Source: Lama glama (lineage: Eukaryota). Taken from it: a DNA stretch of 64,000 bases. The stretch spans positions 52,392,001-52,456,000 of the forward strand of contig CM052816.1 in the NCBI GenBank assembly GCA_028534125.1. Reading direction: 5' to 3'. Within the stretch, counting starts at the first letter, position 1. Each line of letters begins with the position of its first letter. The position numbers and the translations under genes are program-made. Shown here piece by piece: positions 61,031-64,000 of the stretch. Below the pieces are notes generated by a model. The model ran no database searches, had not been told where the DNA came from, and saw only the letters and a program-made list of their open reading frames with translations.

Positions 61031-63877
61031 CCAGTTTAATATGATTAAACATTAGAGCTACATATTACTTATTCTGATGTTAATAAAGAGCATGGACCAA
61101 ACCTCAAAAGAAGGTATTCACTGCTTACACTGAGTCCTGTTGTTCCAAGGAAGAGCCCCTGCCCTCCCTATTACAAAGAACATTTATGAACCACCACATT
61201 CTGGGCCAGTTACTGCCCCATATGGAAGATCCTAAGAAGATGCTAGTGATTACCACATTTTACACAGAAGAAAACTAAAGGACAGAGCAAGGGCACACCA
61301 CTGGCAAGGAGCAGAGACTACATCTCAACTCAGGCTGCCTGTCCCCAGATCGGCTCTTAACTATTCAACTGTACCGCCTCTGGGCTAACAACAACAAAAA
61401 AAGCCTAAAAATACACACCAGGAGTATGTCTAAATGAATTCTCTCACCACAAAATATGCTTTTCCGTCTCCCATCAAACACATAACTTCATCTGACTAGA
61501 TTAGCTTAAGCACTTAATGTGCTACTTCTGAGCAGCACTTAAACTACATCTAAAATACCACCTGCCACCTTTATGTCAAGTTTTGAGTGCACATCAGTCA
61601 AAGCGGTGCTGTGGTAGAATCATCTACCTTTCTAATTTGTGTTCTTTTTCATCTCTACAGCTGTGCATTTCTGCAAGTAGGATTCAATCCGTTTTGTAGC
61701 AGTTTGAAACTGTATGAAAGTATTATCAAGCCCCAAACACTCGGTGGTTCTTATCTAGTCAGTACCATCCCATCCCCGGTGGCCTTGCTTATTAAGGTGA
61801 GGGCAGTGTTTTCACAAAGACTGCTGAGTGCTACTGACATCTGACTCGCTTAGCTTAGACACTAAATCTTAATGTTATCAAGCATACTAAGTACCAGCTC
61901 AGCATAGGACTCAAGAGAAAAGAACTGCTCAAATACAAACAGCATTGCCCCTGGGACACATACACTAGTTAAGACCATTGCTCCCAAATGCTGTAACTCA
62001 CTTAGCTAGTTACAGCTTTGTCTTTATCTCTTCCAATAACAGCCTTAGAGAATAGATCCTTTATTTTTTGATCAGGAGCTCCCTACTTTGCTTATGGTAC
62101 CTGATTTTTACTATTCTCAAAGTCTTAGATCAGAAGGGGGAATGAAAGGACAGTGCTGAGTCGAAGGGAGGAGGGGGCGTCTCCCTGAAATCTGGGATAC
62201 AGTCAGACTCACAAGGAGGGCAAACGGAATAAGCCTCAGCCTCTTCCACACTCTGCCTGCGCCCTGCTTTCTCTCTGCCACGCCACAGCAGGAAGATGAA
62301 GTCAGAGATTCAGCTCTGCTAGACCTCTTGCTTCCAAAAAAATATAATTCCACAACAACCCTCCCCCGCATCGTAAGGAAATAATTTACTGCTTCATGCT
62401 TTTCAAAGCCTGCACGCAGCCAGGAGCCACTGCTGAGCATAGCAATTTGCATAGAGCACCTCATTGGTTAGGCTTCTGTATCTAAATGGCCTAATACCCC
62501 TCACTCAGCAACCTGCAACTTTCACAAACTACATCGCTTGGTGAGAAATAAGAAAGCACATTCTTAAAAACTGCTTCCTATTAAATCCTGTGACCCACAG
62601 ATAGAGCAGAGCTTCCTGTAAAAAAAATTCAAACAACTGCCTAGGAGTTTAAGAGAAGAGAGAGGACAAAAGATTTAAACTGATTTTATTACAGCAAAAT
62701 ACAGTGTGAAAAAAAACCAATGTGAGATTTCAATCATATGTTTTATGTTTAAAATCTATAGCCCTTTGTTGAACTGCTCTGCAAAGACAGCAGTTGCCTT
62801 CAGAAAGTGCCCAATATTCAGCCATTCTCTTACTTGTCAGTTACCAAACGTCTCCCGCGTACTGGGCACGGGGGCGTAGCAAAGGCCAGGAGGCAGCCTT
62901 GCTGCACACTGATTAGCTGTGTGAACTTGGAAGAGGGGCTGAGCTCTGAGGATCTGCCTCTTCCTCAATAACATGAGAGGGTGGACATGCCACTCCCTTA
63001 AGAATTCACTTAGCTCCCGAAGATGACCATGTGACTAACCAGATTCTCCCAGCCCACAAAGTATCTGAGAATGGTAACCCACCACCAGCAGCGACAGGCA
63101 TCACTCCCATCAGAAACCTCACGGCCAGCAGCGAGACCTTCTCTAGCTTGCTGCCAACCTGAGACTTCCCAAAATGGGTCTAATTTCAAACTGTCTGACC
63201 ATTAGCCTTAAAAACTATTTGGATGTGCTAGAAGTTTCAATAATTTGGCTTCCAACTGAAACTTCTCATACCCAGAGGTACAATTCCCCTTTGTCAGCAT
63301 GTCCCAATTTTCAGTTTATGGTTTGGGTAGACACTAAGGATTCTCACAACCAGGAGCAGCTGCATCAACCCAATTGTGGTCCTTTATGCCCCAGAGCCAG
63401 AGCCCACTTCCACCTTCGACGCTGCCTCTTCCACTATACAAAATGATCGTATCCCTCTCTAAGATCCAGGCCAGTAAGTCATTTCAGCTTTGGAAGGCTG
63501 ACAGGAAGACAACTTTAAACCACAGCTCCCTAATGAAGGAGAGCTGTTTTCGAAGATAGGAAGTTGCTGTCTGTGGCGTTGTTCACTTACTACACAGGAC
63601 AATAAATCAGAGCACAATTGGGTAGGAGAGCAGAAGACCCTTCTGGCCACTTCCGGCCACTTCAAGCACCAACTCTCTGGGAGCTGGTCCAAAGAGCAGT
63701 GGGGCAATGGGGGGTGGTGGGGCAGCTCCTCCTTCACACAGCTAACAGGCACGTGAATTGGTCAGCCTTTCTGAAGGAGGTCTGCCCTGTCTACAGCTTC
63801 TGAGTTATGCATTTGACAGTTGGTTCCGCTATACTTGCTCTGAAAATACAGATTTGTTCCACCAACAGGATTGATAC

Positions 63878-64000
63878 TGAAGGAGTTCAAAGCATCTCAC
63901 CCCAAAATATCCCACTTTGGCCTATGGATTATTTTTTTGAGTTATGTGCACTTGAGAAACAACAGGTGTAAGAACACTCTGACCTTCAGTTTTCTTTCTG
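63878..64000 (+). mobile_element. 5' end of a MER34-like LTR (truncated by the window end)
   Basis: tgaaggagttc...ccccaaaatat...cactttggc...atggattatttt...cacttgagaaac. Confidence 0.7.

Larger units (their letters stand above)
37215..64000 (-). other. SERINC5: SERINC5 intron 1 (partial; exon 1 is inferred to lie beyond the window end)
   Basis: Lies upstream of the exon 2 acceptor. Neither the short first coding exon (MSAQCCAGQ-like) nor a CpG-island promoter is seen before 64000. Confidence 0.8.

Noticed and set aside
1..64000. Prokaryote-type systems (CRISPR arrays, operons, defence islands)
   Set aside because: The sequence is mammalian, and no repeat-spacer arrays or dense gene clusters are present.

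Overview
Mammalian genomic DNA, most likely camelid, judged from tRNA-derived SINEs that resemble Vic-1. The window is two contigs joined by a 500-N gap (34043-34542). The left contig is AT-rich and L1-rich and holds the intact, intronless testis gene SPZ1 on the minus strand (30409-31533). The right contig is visibly more GC-rich and holds coding exon 2 of the retroviral restriction factor SERINC5 (37047-37214, minus strand) plus about 27 kb of its intron 1, which is rich in solo LTRs, MIRs and L1 fragments. The most notable observation is structural. SERINC5 reads into the gap and meets SPZ1 in the same orientation, and no downstream SERINC5 exon is recognisable. From recall, the human genes are divergent, which points to a mis-oriented contig or, less likely, a real rearrangement. 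I found no evidence of a new biological system. The other findings are modest: SPZ1 start-codon loss, sense-oriented LTR poly(A) signals in the SERINC5 intron, candidate enhancers and nested insertions. Repeat family names and human/mouse protein comparisons come from memory, not from searches, and repeat boundaries are approximate unless TSDs are given.
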